Positions 46,701 to 55,445 of a DNA stretch of 60,134 bases are shown here, piece by piece (positions within the stretch are counted from its first letter, which is position 1; each line of letters opens with the position of its first letter). The stretch lies in the NCBI GenBank assembly GCA_038211855.1, contig JBBQVE010000009.1, forward strand, positions 1-60,134, written 5' to 3'. Position numbers and translations under genes: made by a program. The notes beneath the pieces were generated by a model. The model was not told the origin of the DNA. It saw only the letters and a program-made list of their open reading frames with translations, and ran no database searches. Source of the stretch: Candidatus Saccharimonadales bacterium. GTDB lineage: Bacteria; Patescibacteriota; Saccharimonadia; Saccharimonadales; SZUA-47.

Positions 46701-47387
46701 GTGCGTTGTATAGTGCGCGTCGCACGTCACAACCATGGGTATGCTGAGTTCTGTCGCCAGCTTCTTTAGGTCAGCATTGACCCTGACCTGCTCGTCCCAT
46801 TTTGACTGGTGCGTCGGATGACCGTGGTCTTGTAGCTCGATATAATACCGATCACCAAATATCTTTTTATACCACGAAGCTACCTTTTTGGCTTCGGCGT
46901 AGCCATTGTTACGCAAAGCGTCGGCCACTTCGCCCCCCATACAGGCACTCAGTACGATGAGTCCTTCGTTGTATTTCTCAAGCAGCTCGTGATCGATGCG
47001 CGGTTTGTAATAAAACCCATCGAGGTTGGCAATCGTCGAAAGTCGCATCAAGTTCTGATAGCCGGTATTGTTCATAGCAAGCAAGATGAGGTGATAGTTT
47101 ACCTTATCTTTACCGGCCTCTTTATCAAGGTGCGTCCGCGCCGCAACATACGTTTCTATGCCGATTATAGGTTTAATGTCCTTGGCCTTAGCTGCCTTGT
47201 AGAATTCGATGGCGCCACTAAGCGTGCCATGGTCTGTCATGGCAATCGCCTCCATGCCCATCGCTTTTGCAGCGTCGAGCATCGGCTCGACCTTCTGCAA
47301 ACCATCAAGCAAACTGTAGTGAGTATGATTGTGCAGGTGCACATAATCCGACGGGACTAGCCTAGCCTGTTTTTTTGCCTCTGCCAT
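43734..47387 (-). CDS. dnaE: DNA polymerase III subunit alpha
   Basis: 1217 aa with an N-terminal PHP domain (HLHNHTHYSLLDG), polymerase core, HhH and OB regions. Confidence 0.96.
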   Translation of the reverse strand: MAEAKKQARLVPSDYVHLHNHTHYSLLDGLQKVEPMLDAAKAMGMEAIAMTDHGTLSGAIEFYKAAKAKDIKPIIGIETYVAARTHLDKEAGKDKVNYHLILLAMNNTGYQNLMRLSTIANLDGFYYKPRIDHELLEKYNEGLIVLSACMGGEVADALRNNGYAEAKKVASWYKKIFGDRYYIELQDHGHPTHQSKWDEQVRVNADLKKLATELSIPMVVTCDAHYTTHADQEAHEILLCVQTGSFLDEEKRMSLKEFELHVTDPREIIERWGGEDAAVITNTKAIADRCEVTLELGKILIPKFPLPKGENEKDTLHRDVYRGLAWRYGGVEDVVAQKMSIPEAKKTLSDDVAKRTAYELGVIDQMGFNGYFLIIADFIGWGKREGIVFGPGRGSAAGSIISYALKITELDPLLYDLLFERFLNPDRISMPDIDIDIQDTRRDEVIQYCVQKYGSNRVANIVTFGKMAARNAVRDVARVLRVPYADADRLSKMIPPPVQGRHIPLKVSLEQSAELKAENESNQQSRQVFDLAVKLEGTIRSHGVHAAGVVIAPSDIVNYVPLEMAQKGVIATQYPMGPVEELGLLKMDFLGLSNLTIIKNTLRIIKRVDGTDIDINTIPLDDTPTFELLQRGETTGVFQLESAGMKRYLKELKPTVFDDIIAMVALYRPGPMQFIEDFIARKHGEREIEYMHAAMEPALKNTYGVLVYQEQVMQISKDLSGFTGGQADTLRKAIGKKQVEVMNKMKKAFIEGAIKNSGATEPMMEKFWKQLEDFAAYCFNKSHAACYAMIAYQTANLKAHYPAAFMAALMTSDFDDLDRLSIEISECTSMGLKVMPPDVNESFLEFAIVPNEPQVRFGMKAIKNVGTAAVEEIIRARDSGGPFTGLDDFFSKINPHVVNRKAVESLIKAGAFDRFEDRGVLLHNIETLLAFGAKKHRENASGQTDLFGNAIEKTKDYGPQIVLTKGSGGYALNNYLQWERELLGLYLLQHPLESYKTLFEELTMPIDQLKPVMDGKRVVVGGVVASNRTITTKNGQAMAFVKLSSLAGDIELILFPSVLQQTIDLWKPDAVIIAKGKLSARDKDGKVQEELKVLADEARVVTHEQAQAYQATGRSVKLPGQKSTGGAPYKKGEPAAKPDTSTIKRVYIRLASTEDQGTLQALKSVVDIADAGSDEVVLIIGTSENKQAIRLPQKVAGNETLKKELQTIFGNDNVRIQ

Positions 47388-47432
47388 TACGACTAAGTAT
47401 AGCGGTTTTAGGGGTGCAGTGTCTTGTAGAAT

Positions 47433-47846
47433 TTACTTGTGATCGAAATATTTCTTAAGTGAATCGACGGCATTTTTGGCATTTTTGACGGCCATGTCGA
47501 GATCCTCATCGGTGCTGTTGCCACTTCTCACGGCAGCAATAATCGTTGCGGCATGGTCACGCGTTTTACGACCTTTTTCGAGTGCATCAAGCGCCTCCTG
47601 TTTAGCGGCTGAACCCATCTTGGCGACCTGTGCTTCGGCTTTATCAACGAACTTCGAAAGCTCATCGTGCAGGTGATTTAGCTGTTTGTTGGCGCTCTGG
47701 GCGGCCGATTTAGCGCCTTTCTTGAGATCTTCCCGAGTTTCTTTGCCAGATTTTGGAGCGAGTAGGACACCAGCTACAAAGCCTGCTGCTGCGCCGACCG
47801 CTGTTCCGATTACCGCCTTTTTGATTCCGTTAGATTTCTCCTTCAT
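47433..47846 (-). CDS. YtxH-domain protein
   Basis: 137 aa with an N-terminal hydrophobic helix followed by a long charged helical region of the LAPKSGKETREDLKK type. Confidence 0.7.
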   Translation of the reverse strand: MKEKSNGIKKAVIGTAVGAAAGFVAGVLLAPKSGKETREDLKKGAKSAAQSANKQLNHLHDELSKFVDKAEAQVAKMGSAAKQEALDALEKGRKTRDHAATIIAAVRSGNSTDEDLDMAVKNAKNAVDSLKKYFDHK

Positions 47847-47861
47847 GATATTTCCTTCCGT

Positions 47862-48119
47862 TTAACGTTTTTTGCTGTGATCTTTATAAAAACGCTGCCA
47901 CATCTTAGCCCCCATATTGCCAAGAATTGAGGCACCTGTGGCATGACGAATCGTATCAGCTAAGTCTTCAACACTTTCAATGGTATGTGTCGCCTTATCG
48001 ACAACACCGTTCACCTTCTTGACCAATTTAATAATCATAAGGGCAATGGTGATGGCCAAAATCAGAAAAATTCCTAAGAAGACACTCAGAAAAATTACAA
48101 GTATTTCATACGCAGTCAT
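47862..48119 (-). CDS. small membrane protein (DUF948-like)
   Basis: 85 aa with one N-terminal TM helix and a helical tail. It sits directly upstream of the YtxH gene, as DUF948/YtxH pairs do in Firmicutes. Confidence 0.5.
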   Translation of the reverse strand: MTAYEILVIFLSVFLGIFLILAITIALMIIKLVKKVNGVVDKATHTIESVEDLADTIRHATGASILGNMGAKMWQRFYKDHSKKR

Positions 48120-48152
48120 ACAGTAAGATTACACCCGTTGCACCGTTTGTGT

Positions 48153-49040
48153 CTACAGAATGCTTTTTAGGTACTCTTTGAGTGGGCCACCGAGTTGGTC
48201 ATTTGCCAGCCCAAAATCAATAACAGTTTTGAGATATTCGAGTTTATCGCCGGCGTCATAAAATTTACCATTGCTTATTTCGGCTGCAATAATCTTATGC
48301 CCATCTTGAGCCATAAGCTTTAAGCCGTCATTGTAGTACAGCTCGTGGCCGTCTTGCAGCTGTTGGCTGGCTATGTCCAGATAATGGAATATATCAGAAG
48401 TAAACAAGCCGCCGCTGACCATGGCAAGATCGGATGGCGCAGCTTCTTTGCCTGGTTTCTCAATAATCGATTCGGCGATTATGATTCCTGGTCGAATTTC
48501 GGTACCGGCTGCAAAACCATACCGAGAGTAATCTTCGTCTTTTGTAGCACGAATACAGCTGAGCACGGGGGCCGAAAACTCCTCGTATAAGGTGATGAGC
48601 TGTGAAAATCGGCTCGGGCTGGCTACGACGAAATCATCACTCCACGTAAAGATAAAAGGCTCATCGCCAACAATGTCTCGAACGTTCATAAGTGGTGTGC
48701 CGTTTCCGTAAGGACCTTTTTGACGAACGTAGATAAAATTAGCAGCCTCACTGACATTATAAATTTCCTCGAGGAGATGTTTTTTGGACTCGCCACCCAT
48801 TTTCAGATTTTCGACTAAATCGGCACTGGGGTGGTCAAAATGATCTTCGATGGAGCGCTTGTGATAGCCTGTGACAATAATAATATCTTCGATACCCGCT
48901 GCAACTAGTTCTTCAACAACGAGCTGAATAACTGGACGATCTATAATCGGTAACATCTCTTTTGGCATCGCTTTTGTTTGCGGCAAAAATCGTGTCCCAA
49001 ATCCAGCCGCTGCTATCACTGCTTTTCGTACTTTCTGCAT
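48153..49040 (-). CDS. galU: UTP--glucose-1-phosphate uridylyltransferase
   Basis: AAGFGTRFLPQTKAMPKEMLPI motif. I chose the ATG at 49040, preceded by AAGGAGGT. The track's 18-codon extension runs into the end of gatB. Confidence 0.9.
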   Translation of the reverse strand: MQKVRKAVIAAAGFGTRFLPQTKAMPKEMLPIIDRPVIQLVVEELVAAGIEDIIIVTGYHKRSIEDHFDHPSADLVENLKMGGESKKHLLEEIYNVSEAANFIYVRQKGPYGNGTPLMNVRDIVGDEPFIFTWSDDFVVASPSRFSQLITLYEEFSAPVLSCIRATKDEDYSRYGFAAGTEIRPGIIIAESIIEKPGKEAAPSDLAMVSGGLFTSDIFHYLDIASQQLQDGHELYYNDGLKLMAQDGHKIIAAEISNGKFYDAGDKLEYLKTVIDFGLANDQLGGPLKEYLKSIL

Positions 49041-49053
49041 ACTACCTCCTTTT

Positions 49054-50511
49054 TTAGACACCCAATTGTGATTTGATGATCTGTTGCACGACACCCGGAT
49101 TGGCTTTGCCTCCGGAGTCTTTCATGACCTGCCCCACTAGATAGCCGATTGCTTTCATCTCACCGTTTTTGACGTCTTCGGCGGCTTTCGCATTGTCGGC
49201 CAAGACTTTGGCAACAATTGTTTCAAGTTCGCCGGTGTCTGATACTTGCAGGAGGTTTTTCTCAGTAGCTATCTTCTCGGGATCTTCATTATTCGTCACC
49301 ACTTCGAGCAGTACTTCTTTGGCTGCACTACTGCTAAGCATGCCACCATCAACCATACTTGCGAGTTTGATCATGTGGGCACTGGCACTATTCACTTGCT
49401 GCCAATCAAAGGCGCCGTCGGCGATGTTTTTTACAAGCGGACCACCGAGCCAGTTTCCGATGGTTTTTGCCGTGGAAGCACCATGCGCCTCATAGACATA
49501 ATTTAATAGACCGCCAGCAATCGGTTCATCAATGATTGTTTCGATTTGGCGTTCATCAAGACCAACCGATTTGAAACGAACGCGCAACTCGCTTGGCATC
49601 ACCGGCATTGTGTCGCGTAGTGTGTCGACAAACATCGAATCAAGCACAACTGGTGGCAAATCGGGATCTGGGAAGTAGCGGTAATCGTGGGCGTCTTCTT
49701 TGCTGCGCTGGCTGAAGGTCGCAAGTTTATCATCATCCCACCCCCGTGTTTCCTGAATAATCGGTTTGCCAGCTTCGAGCTCCTCAATCTGGCGTTTGAT
49801 CTCATAATCAACAGCCCGTTCAACACTTCGGAAGCTATTGAGGTTTTTAGTTTCGGTGCGGGTCCCGAGTTCTTTTGGATCTTTACTAACACTGACGTTG
49901 ACGTCAAAACGCATGTTCCCGTAATAAAGGTTGGCATCACTGACATCGGCGTATTTCATGAGAATGTAGAGTTCGTGGGCATAGGCTTTAGCTTCGGCCG
50001 AAGTATGCATGCACGGTTCACTGACGATTTCAAGAAGTGGCGTCCCGGCGCGGTTCAAGTCGACTAAAGAGTAGTCGCCACCGGCTGGATGAGTGCTTTT
50101 GCCGGCGTCAGATTCAATATGAGCACGCGTCACGTCAAAGGTGTGCATCTGGCCATCGACGACTGCCTCGACGCGTCCGCCAACCACAATCGGCTGGTCA
50201 AACTGCGTAATCTGATAGCCCATCGGTAAATCTGGGTAAAAATAATGCTTGCGATCAAATTTACTAAACTGCTGTGGCTCAGTACCAAGTGCAAAAGCTG
50301 CCTTTACGCCAAATTCAATTGCTTTTTCGTTGAGCACCGGCAGTGCGCCAGGCAGGCCAAAACAGATGTGACTAATCAGCGTATTTGGATCAGCCTCGCG
50401 GGCGTCGTTACCGACCGCCGCAAACAACTTCGTGGTCGTTTTAAATTGCACATGGCACTCGATACCAATTGTAGGGTAGTATCCGTCGACGACGTATTTC
50501 TCATCTACCAT
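49054..50511 (-). CDS. gatB: Asp/Glu-tRNA amidotransferase subunit B
   Basis: Full-length GatB similarity from MVDEKYVVDGYYPTIGIECHVQ. I chose the ATG at 50509-50511, which overlaps the TGA of the upstream ORF (TGATG). Confidence 0.95.
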   Translation of the reverse strand: MVDEKYVVDGYYPTIGIECHVQFKTTTKLFAAVGNDAREADPNTLISHICFGLPGALPVLNEKAIEFGVKAAFALGTEPQQFSKFDRKHYFYPDLPMGYQITQFDQPIVVGGRVEAVVDGQMHTFDVTRAHIESDAGKSTHPAGGDYSLVDLNRAGTPLLEIVSEPCMHTSAEAKAYAHELYILMKYADVSDANLYYGNMRFDVNVSVSKDPKELGTRTETKNLNSFRSVERAVDYEIKRQIEELEAGKPIIQETRGWDDDKLATFSQRSKEDAHDYRYFPDPDLPPVVLDSMFVDTLRDTMPVMPSELRVRFKSVGLDERQIETIIDEPIAGGLLNYVYEAHGASTAKTIGNWLGGPLVKNIADGAFDWQQVNSASAHMIKLASMVDGGMLSSSAAKEVLLEVVTNNEDPEKIATEKNLLQVSDTGELETIVAKVLADNAKAAEDVKNGEMKAIGYLVGQVMKDSGGKANPGVVQQIIKSQLGV

Positions 50512-50915
50512 CACATTGCACCCAGATCTTTCAAGGCTTGACGAATACCAATCAAGGCTTCTTTGACGTCTTTTTCGCGTAAGTGAACATCTTGTTCGTG
50601 AACTAAACGGTTGCGAAGTTTGTGGGCGAACCACACGCCGTCATTATTCGTAAATTTGCGTTGAGCCGCCACCATGCGCTCGCCCATAGTTTTGCCGTTA
50701 AATCGACGCTTTTTGAGGGCAACATCAAGCAGTTTGTCGGCATTGATGATGGCGAGCGGCCAAGTATTTTTGTTGCCGCACATCGCCTGCAAATAGCGCC
50801 ACTCTTTTACGAAGTAATCGTGCTTAAGGCGCTTTGGCACTTTACGCTTAACAACAGCCGCGACGATAAGGATGATAACACCGGCGAGCGCGATCCAAAT
50901 CAATAGTGATGTCAT
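50511..50915 (-). CDS. membrane-anchored small protein with HEPN-like RNxxxH motif, inserted between gatA and gatB
   Basis: 134 aa with an N-terminal TM helix (LLIWIALAGVIILIVAAVV) and a helical region of about 100 aa containing AHKLRNRLVHE (Rx4H). It overlaps gatA by 4 nt (ATGA) and gatB by 1 nt. Confidence 0.6.
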   Translation of the reverse strand: MTSLLIWIALAGVIILIVAAVVKRKVPKRLKHDYFVKEWRYLQAMCGNKNTWPLAIINADKLLDVALKKRRFNGKTMGERMVAAQRKFTNNDGVWFAHKLRNRLVHEQDVHLREKDVKEALIGIRQALKDLGAM

Positions 50916-52327
50916 TTCCGTACCTCTTCATAAAATTGTGCCAGTTCTAATAAGTCGCGGTCACGGCGCTGTGCTGCAATTAGCTGCAGTCCAACCGGCA
51001 TGCCGTCACTCTCGCCGGCTGGCACGCTGATGGCCGGCACGCCCACCATGTTAATGGCAACGGTCATGATATCGATCAGATACATCTTAAGTGGGTCGTC
51101 CGCATTGGCACCGATTTTGAAGGCAACTTCTGGCGCAACCGGACCGACCAAGAAATCGACCTGTTTAAAGGCTTCGTTAAATTCATTTATGAGCTTGGTG
51201 CGTACGGTCTGCGCCTTTTTGTAGTAAGCATCGTAATAGCCGCTACTGAGCACGTAGGTACCAATCATGATGCGTCGCTTGGCCTCGGCACCAAAGCCTT
51301 GGCTGCGGGCGAGTACATACGAGTCGTCGAGCGTTTTGGCATCTTTAGCATTATAACCAAAACGCTGACCATCGTAGCGGCTCAAGTTACTACTGACTTC
51401 AGCCGGCACGACGATGTAGTACACTGCTAAAGCGAGTGGCAGGCTTGGAATGCTGACCTCTGTTATTTCTGCACCAGCTGCTTCGAGTTGATCAATTGCA
51501 GTTTGGATCTGTTTTTTGACGCCCAGGTCAACGCCATCACCCATATATTCTTTAATGACACCGATTTTTGGCTTGGAAAGTGTAGATTTTGCTTCAAGGA
51601 CATAGCCTTTGGCGTCGCGGTCGATTGTCGTACTGTCTAATTCATCTTTGCCGGCCAGAATATCAATTATAAACGCAGCGTCTTCCACAGAAGTCGTGAG
51701 TGGTCCGATAACATCGGTGCTGCTGGCCATAGCGACCACCCCGCTGCGACTGACCAGACCATAGGTTGGCTTGAGGCCGACGATGCCGCAAAAACTAGCT
51801 GGTTCGCGGATACTGCCACCAGTATCAGTGCCAAGTGCAAAGGGCGCCATTCCTAGAGCGACAGCTGCAGCCGAACCACCACTAGAACCACCGGCCACAC
51901 GGGTTTTATCATGTGGATTTTTAGTGACAAAAAAGTCGCTGTTTTCGGTGGATCCACCATGGGCAAAGGCATCAAGGTTAGCTTTGGCGACACAAATCGC
52001 GCCTTCAGCCTCAAGTTTTTCAATTGCCGTTGCCTGATACGGCGCGTTGAAACCACGTAGCATATTGCTCGCCGCAGTTGTTTCAGATCCAAACGTTAAA
52101 AAGTTGTCTTTGGCAATAAAAGGCACACCGGCCAAACGACCGGCTTTATCGCCAGCATCTATTATTTTTGCCCGTTCAAGAGCGCGCGCTTCTGTCGTAC
52201 CAATAATCGCTTGAAAATCCGCGTTTTCAGCAATAAGCTTGAGAGCCTTTTCAACATTAGCGAGTGCCGTCGTCGCCCCGCTTTTTACATCGGCCGCCTC
52301 GTCAGCAATTAATTTCCATCTACTCAT
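50912..52327 (-). CDS. gatA: Glu-tRNA(Gln) amidotransferase subunit A
   Basis: 471 aa with the amidase signature (GGSSGGSAAAVA, GTDTGGSIR). Confidence 0.96.
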   Translation of the reverse strand: MSRWKLIADEAADVKSGATTALANVEKALKLIAENADFQAIIGTTEARALERAKIIDAGDKAGRLAGVPFIAKDNFLTFGSETTAASNMLRGFNAPYQATAIEKLEAEGAICVAKANLDAFAHGGSTENSDFFVTKNPHDKTRVAGGSSGGSAAAVALGMAPFALGTDTGGSIREPASFCGIVGLKPTYGLVSRSGVVAMASSTDVIGPLTTSVEDAAFIIDILAGKDELDSTTIDRDAKGYVLEAKSTLSKPKIGVIKEYMGDGVDLGVKKQIQTAIDQLEAAGAEITEVSIPSLPLALAVYYIVVPAEVSSNLSRYDGQRFGYNAKDAKTLDDSYVLARSQGFGAEAKRRIMIGTYVLSSGYYDAYYKKAQTVRTKLINEFNEAFKQVDFLVGPVAPEVAFKIGANADDPLKMYLIDIMTVAINMVGVPAISVPAGESDGMPVGLQLIAAQRRDRDLLELAQFYEEVRK

Positions 52328-52617
52328 CCGATCATCCTATGAACTTTAATCAGGTTATTCTCTGTTGCGGGTACATTCTTCAGCAAATCCTCAGGTGTAA
52401 TACCGTAATCTTTCACAACATCAGCACGGCTTACATTCGTGAGCCCCGTCACTTGGTACGTTGGCTCCAAGCCTTCAGTGCCAGCGGCATCAAGATGAGC
52501 CACATATTCGAGGATAGCACTCAGCTCTTTCCGATACATTTCGACTTCGTCGTCGGACAGGCGCAACCGTGCTAAGCGTGCTAATTTCAAAATATCTTCG
52601 CCGGATAACTTCGCCAT
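52324..52617 (-). CDS. gatC: Asp/Glu-tRNA amidotransferase subunit C
   Basis: GatC-like MAKLSGEDILKLARLARLRLSDDEVE.... I chose the ATG at 52617 (97 aa). Overlaps gatA by 4 nt. Confidence 0.88.
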   Translation of the reverse strand: MAKLSGEDILKLARLARLRLSDDEVEMYRKELSAILEYVAHLDAAGTEGLEPTYQVTGLTNVSRADVVKDYGITPEDLLKNVPATENNLIKVHRMIG

Positions 52618-52646
52618 TTGATTACTAGTATAGCAAATAACCGAGG

Positions 52647-53363
52647 TTATTGAGTCAAAATCCAACGGGCTACCATATCGCGTATTTTGCGATATTCAGC
52701 TTCTTCATACTGCATATTGGCGATACAAAACTGCTTGCCGTTGATGTTAGTACAAAACATACTGTCCTGCATATCGCCGGCATCATGCATAAAGAAACAG
52801 TTTGTGATGTGCGCGCACCATTGGATGCTGAAACTATTCGTACACGCGTCACTGTCCTCAATCCGAATGGAATAGGTCGAGTTTTTGGCGCGCTGACCGG
52901 CTGCAACAAATTCAGACTCATACAAGCCATCTGTAAAAAGTACATTTTTACACTTGTGGATGTCTTGCGAACGATAGACATTCTCTGAAAAACTAACGTT
53001 GTCTGACTCAGATACATTTAGGACGTCAATGTAGCGTTCGGTCGTTGTGTAGTTTATATCGCTCCATGCCGCCATAACATCTTCAATAGTGTTCAATAGC
53101 CGTTTTGGTCGTAACCAATCAGTGTCAGGGCCAGCACCGCCAATTTCGACACCTCTGGCATTTTCCATCTTCATAAAACGAGTCGGATTAATTGATTGCG
53201 CCCATGTCTTTGAGCCATCATAGCTATCAGTCACTTGCTGCGGTAAACGAATATCAAAAGTAAATTTTTGCATAAATTGATCGAGTGTCAGTGGATTTTT
53301 AAAACCAAACACTTGGCCAACAATATTATCAAGAAGTGCTTGAGCATCGGCAGTGGTCATCAT
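52647..53363 (-). CDS. hypothetical protein with Cys-rich degenerate repeats in the C-terminal half
   Basis: 238 aa. The C-terminal region reads ..CKNVLF..ACTNSFSIQWCAHITNCFFMHD..SMFCTNINGKQFCIANMQYEEAEY. It overlaps the upstream ATPase gene by 4 nt. Confidence 0.55.
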   Translation of the reverse strand: MMTTADAQALLDNIVGQVFGFKNPLTLDQFMQKFTFDIRLPQQVTDSYDGSKTWAQSINPTRFMKMENARGVEIGGAGPDTDWLRPKRLLNTIEDVMAAWSDINYTTTERYIDVLNVSESDNVSFSENVYRSQDIHKCKNVLFTDGLYESEFVAAGQRAKNSTYSIRIEDSDACTNSFSIQWCAHITNCFFMHDAGDMQDSMFCTNINGKQFCIANMQYEEAEYRKIRDMVARWILTQ

Positions 53364-55363
53364 TTGTCCTTTTTATTTACTTTAGCACGACTAGAGGAGT
53401 GCATTGACAGGAGGTCTCTGACGCCGCTGAAACGGCCGGAAGGTTGGACAAAGTTTGTGGCGCCTGCAGCCTCCTGGTTCCGTTCGAGCTCGTCGATACG
53501 GGCTTGGAGCTCTGGTGAAAAATCTACTGATGGTTTCGGAGCAGCAGTACCTTCAACGAATTTTTGCGGCAATAACTGTTCAGCGACTTTCAGATCAGCT
53601 GATTGGTGTGTCACTACCACCGGTGCGTCCATCGTACGGGCTTTGATGGCGGGGGCAACTTGGCCATTCGCCAAGACTCGAACTAGGCATTCACGGGGAT
53701 GCAGTTCGGTCATAATTTTGATTTTCACTTCTGATTCTTTAACACCCTTGGCATGCTCGGCTTCAACGATCTCCTTTGGTAATTCAATATTGAGATTACC
53801 TTCAAGCGCTCGGGCATCTTCTTCAGACACCTTAAATGCGTAGTAGTTATAAACGTTCGCAAAAATGGCTGCCTGTAGATCAGCTTCAATCTGACCAAAG
53901 TATTGCTGTGTCAAAATGACCGTTAGATTAAATTTCCGCGCCTCTGCCAAAATCTGCGACAGTGCGGGGTTTTGTACAACCGAGACTTCATCAATAATCA
54001 GGATGACTTTTTGTCCAAAGGCGCGCGCTTGTGCCAATAGGAAGATCTGCTGTATGAGGAGTCCCGCCACCGTCTTGACGACCTTGTCACCCATGCTGAC
54101 TTTGTTGAGTGAGAACACCGTCAAGAAGTTTTCCTGGATCGTTTTGGCGAGCGACACTTCACTTTCACCGACCAAAGACGGTTGCAGTTGCATTTCATCA
54201 ACCATTGCTACCAGTGGCAATATCGTCTCATTGTAGTACTGTGTGCGCAATTCGTTAAAATCGCCGCCGAAGAATTTCATCACATTAGCGGGGATGTAGC
54301 CCTGGACGTGAACGAGGATCTGGTTACGGTATTCAATATCTGTAAGGAAGCGCTTGAGATTCTCAAGCGACATCGCTTGTGCCGTCATGAGTGTAAAGAG
54401 GCTGAAACGCAATAATCTATCGAGACGTGGGCTGAACTGATCAGCTAAGACTGATTTAAATAAAGTCGCTGTGAGTTCTGTTGCCGATGTTAAATCGGTG
54501 CCAGCGCCCGGAAACAGATCAGTACTATCGTTTTTTCCGAAACTGATGACTTTACTTTCTGGTATGTGCCCGAAATCATCCGCCAGTGAAGCATGTGGAT
54601 CAATGACGACAACCCGATAATTCATTCGCTGGCTCGTCCTACTTAAGCGATCGACGAACAAACTGATAAACTTAGATTTGCCACTACCACTGGCACCGAT
54701 AATAAAAGAGTGCTTATCAAATTCGTAGGAGTTGAGATGCAGATAATAGTCGTGACTGGCGTAGGGAAAGGCATCGACCTTAAACAGCGCATCGTTATTC
54801 TGACTCTGCATAAGATGCAAGTTTTTCTCAAGTGATACATAAATCGGCACCGTTGAACGAATATATTTGGTGTTAATTAGGAAATCCATTGCCAGCAGAT
54901 GTGCCGGGAAGAGTGTCAACTGGCGCGTCGAGCAGTACTGGGCATTACCGAGCGACATCATCACCGACATTTTTGCTGATAGACGTTTGCCGATTCGCTG
55001 GACATCGAGACGAAGTAGCTCAAGAGTCTTACCCTCCTGCACCTTATATCGCTCGCGTAGATCGAGGACGTTGCCACCATTCGGTATTTTTAAAAAGCCG
55101 ATTTTGTTGGCTCCGTGCGGCAGCTGTAGCTTTTCTTCAATGTCACTTTGGGCTGGTCTGAACGATAGTCCATTAAGTCCGTTACTGAGAGCGTTCAAAT
55201 CTTTTTTGGAGCTTACATAAAGCTTTACGATATTCTCTTGGAATAAAACACTTATTGCAAACGTGTTAAAGCCTTTGGCGTGTCCCGCTAGGACACCTGC
55301 AATTGCCCGCCAGTCATCGGCAGTGTAATTTTCTTTCGTTAGTAATGCCTCAACTGTATACAT
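53360..55363 (-). CDS. FtsK/HerA/VirB4-superfamily (DUF87-like) P-loop ATPase
   Basis: 667 aa with Walker A HSFIIGASGSGKSKF followed by RVVVIDPHASL, Walker B VILIIDEVS and an AEARKFNLTVILTQQ block. No TM helices. Confidence 0.72.
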   Translation of the reverse strand: MYTVEALLTKENYTADDWRAIAGVLAGHAKGFNTFAISVLFQENIVKLYVSSKKDLNALSNGLNGLSFRPAQSDIEEKLQLPHGANKIGFLKIPNGGNVLDLRERYKVQEGKTLELLRLDVQRIGKRLSAKMSVMMSLGNAQYCSTRQLTLFPAHLLAMDFLINTKYIRSTVPIYVSLEKNLHLMQSQNNDALFKVDAFPYASHDYYLHLNSYEFDKHSFIIGASGSGKSKFISLFVDRLSRTSQRMNYRVVVIDPHASLADDFGHIPESKVISFGKNDSTDLFPGAGTDLTSATELTATLFKSVLADQFSPRLDRLLRFSLFTLMTAQAMSLENLKRFLTDIEYRNQILVHVQGYIPANVMKFFGGDFNELRTQYYNETILPLVAMVDEMQLQPSLVGESEVSLAKTIQENFLTVFSLNKVSMGDKVVKTVAGLLIQQIFLLAQARAFGQKVILIIDEVSVVQNPALSQILAEARKFNLTVILTQQYFGQIEADLQAAIFANVYNYYAFKVSEEDARALEGNLNIELPKEIVEAEHAKGVKESEVKIKIMTELHPRECLVRVLANGQVAPAIKARTMDAPVVVTHQSADLKVAEQLLPQKFVEGTAAPKPSVDFSPELQARIDELERNQEAAGATNFVQPSGRFSGVRDLLSMHSSSRAKVNKKDK

Positions 55364-55445
55364 AACTCTTATGTCTCAGTATACCTTAGCCATAGGTTTC
55401 TGCGTCATTTTGTAATATCAGTGTATATATAGTATAGTAATTTAA

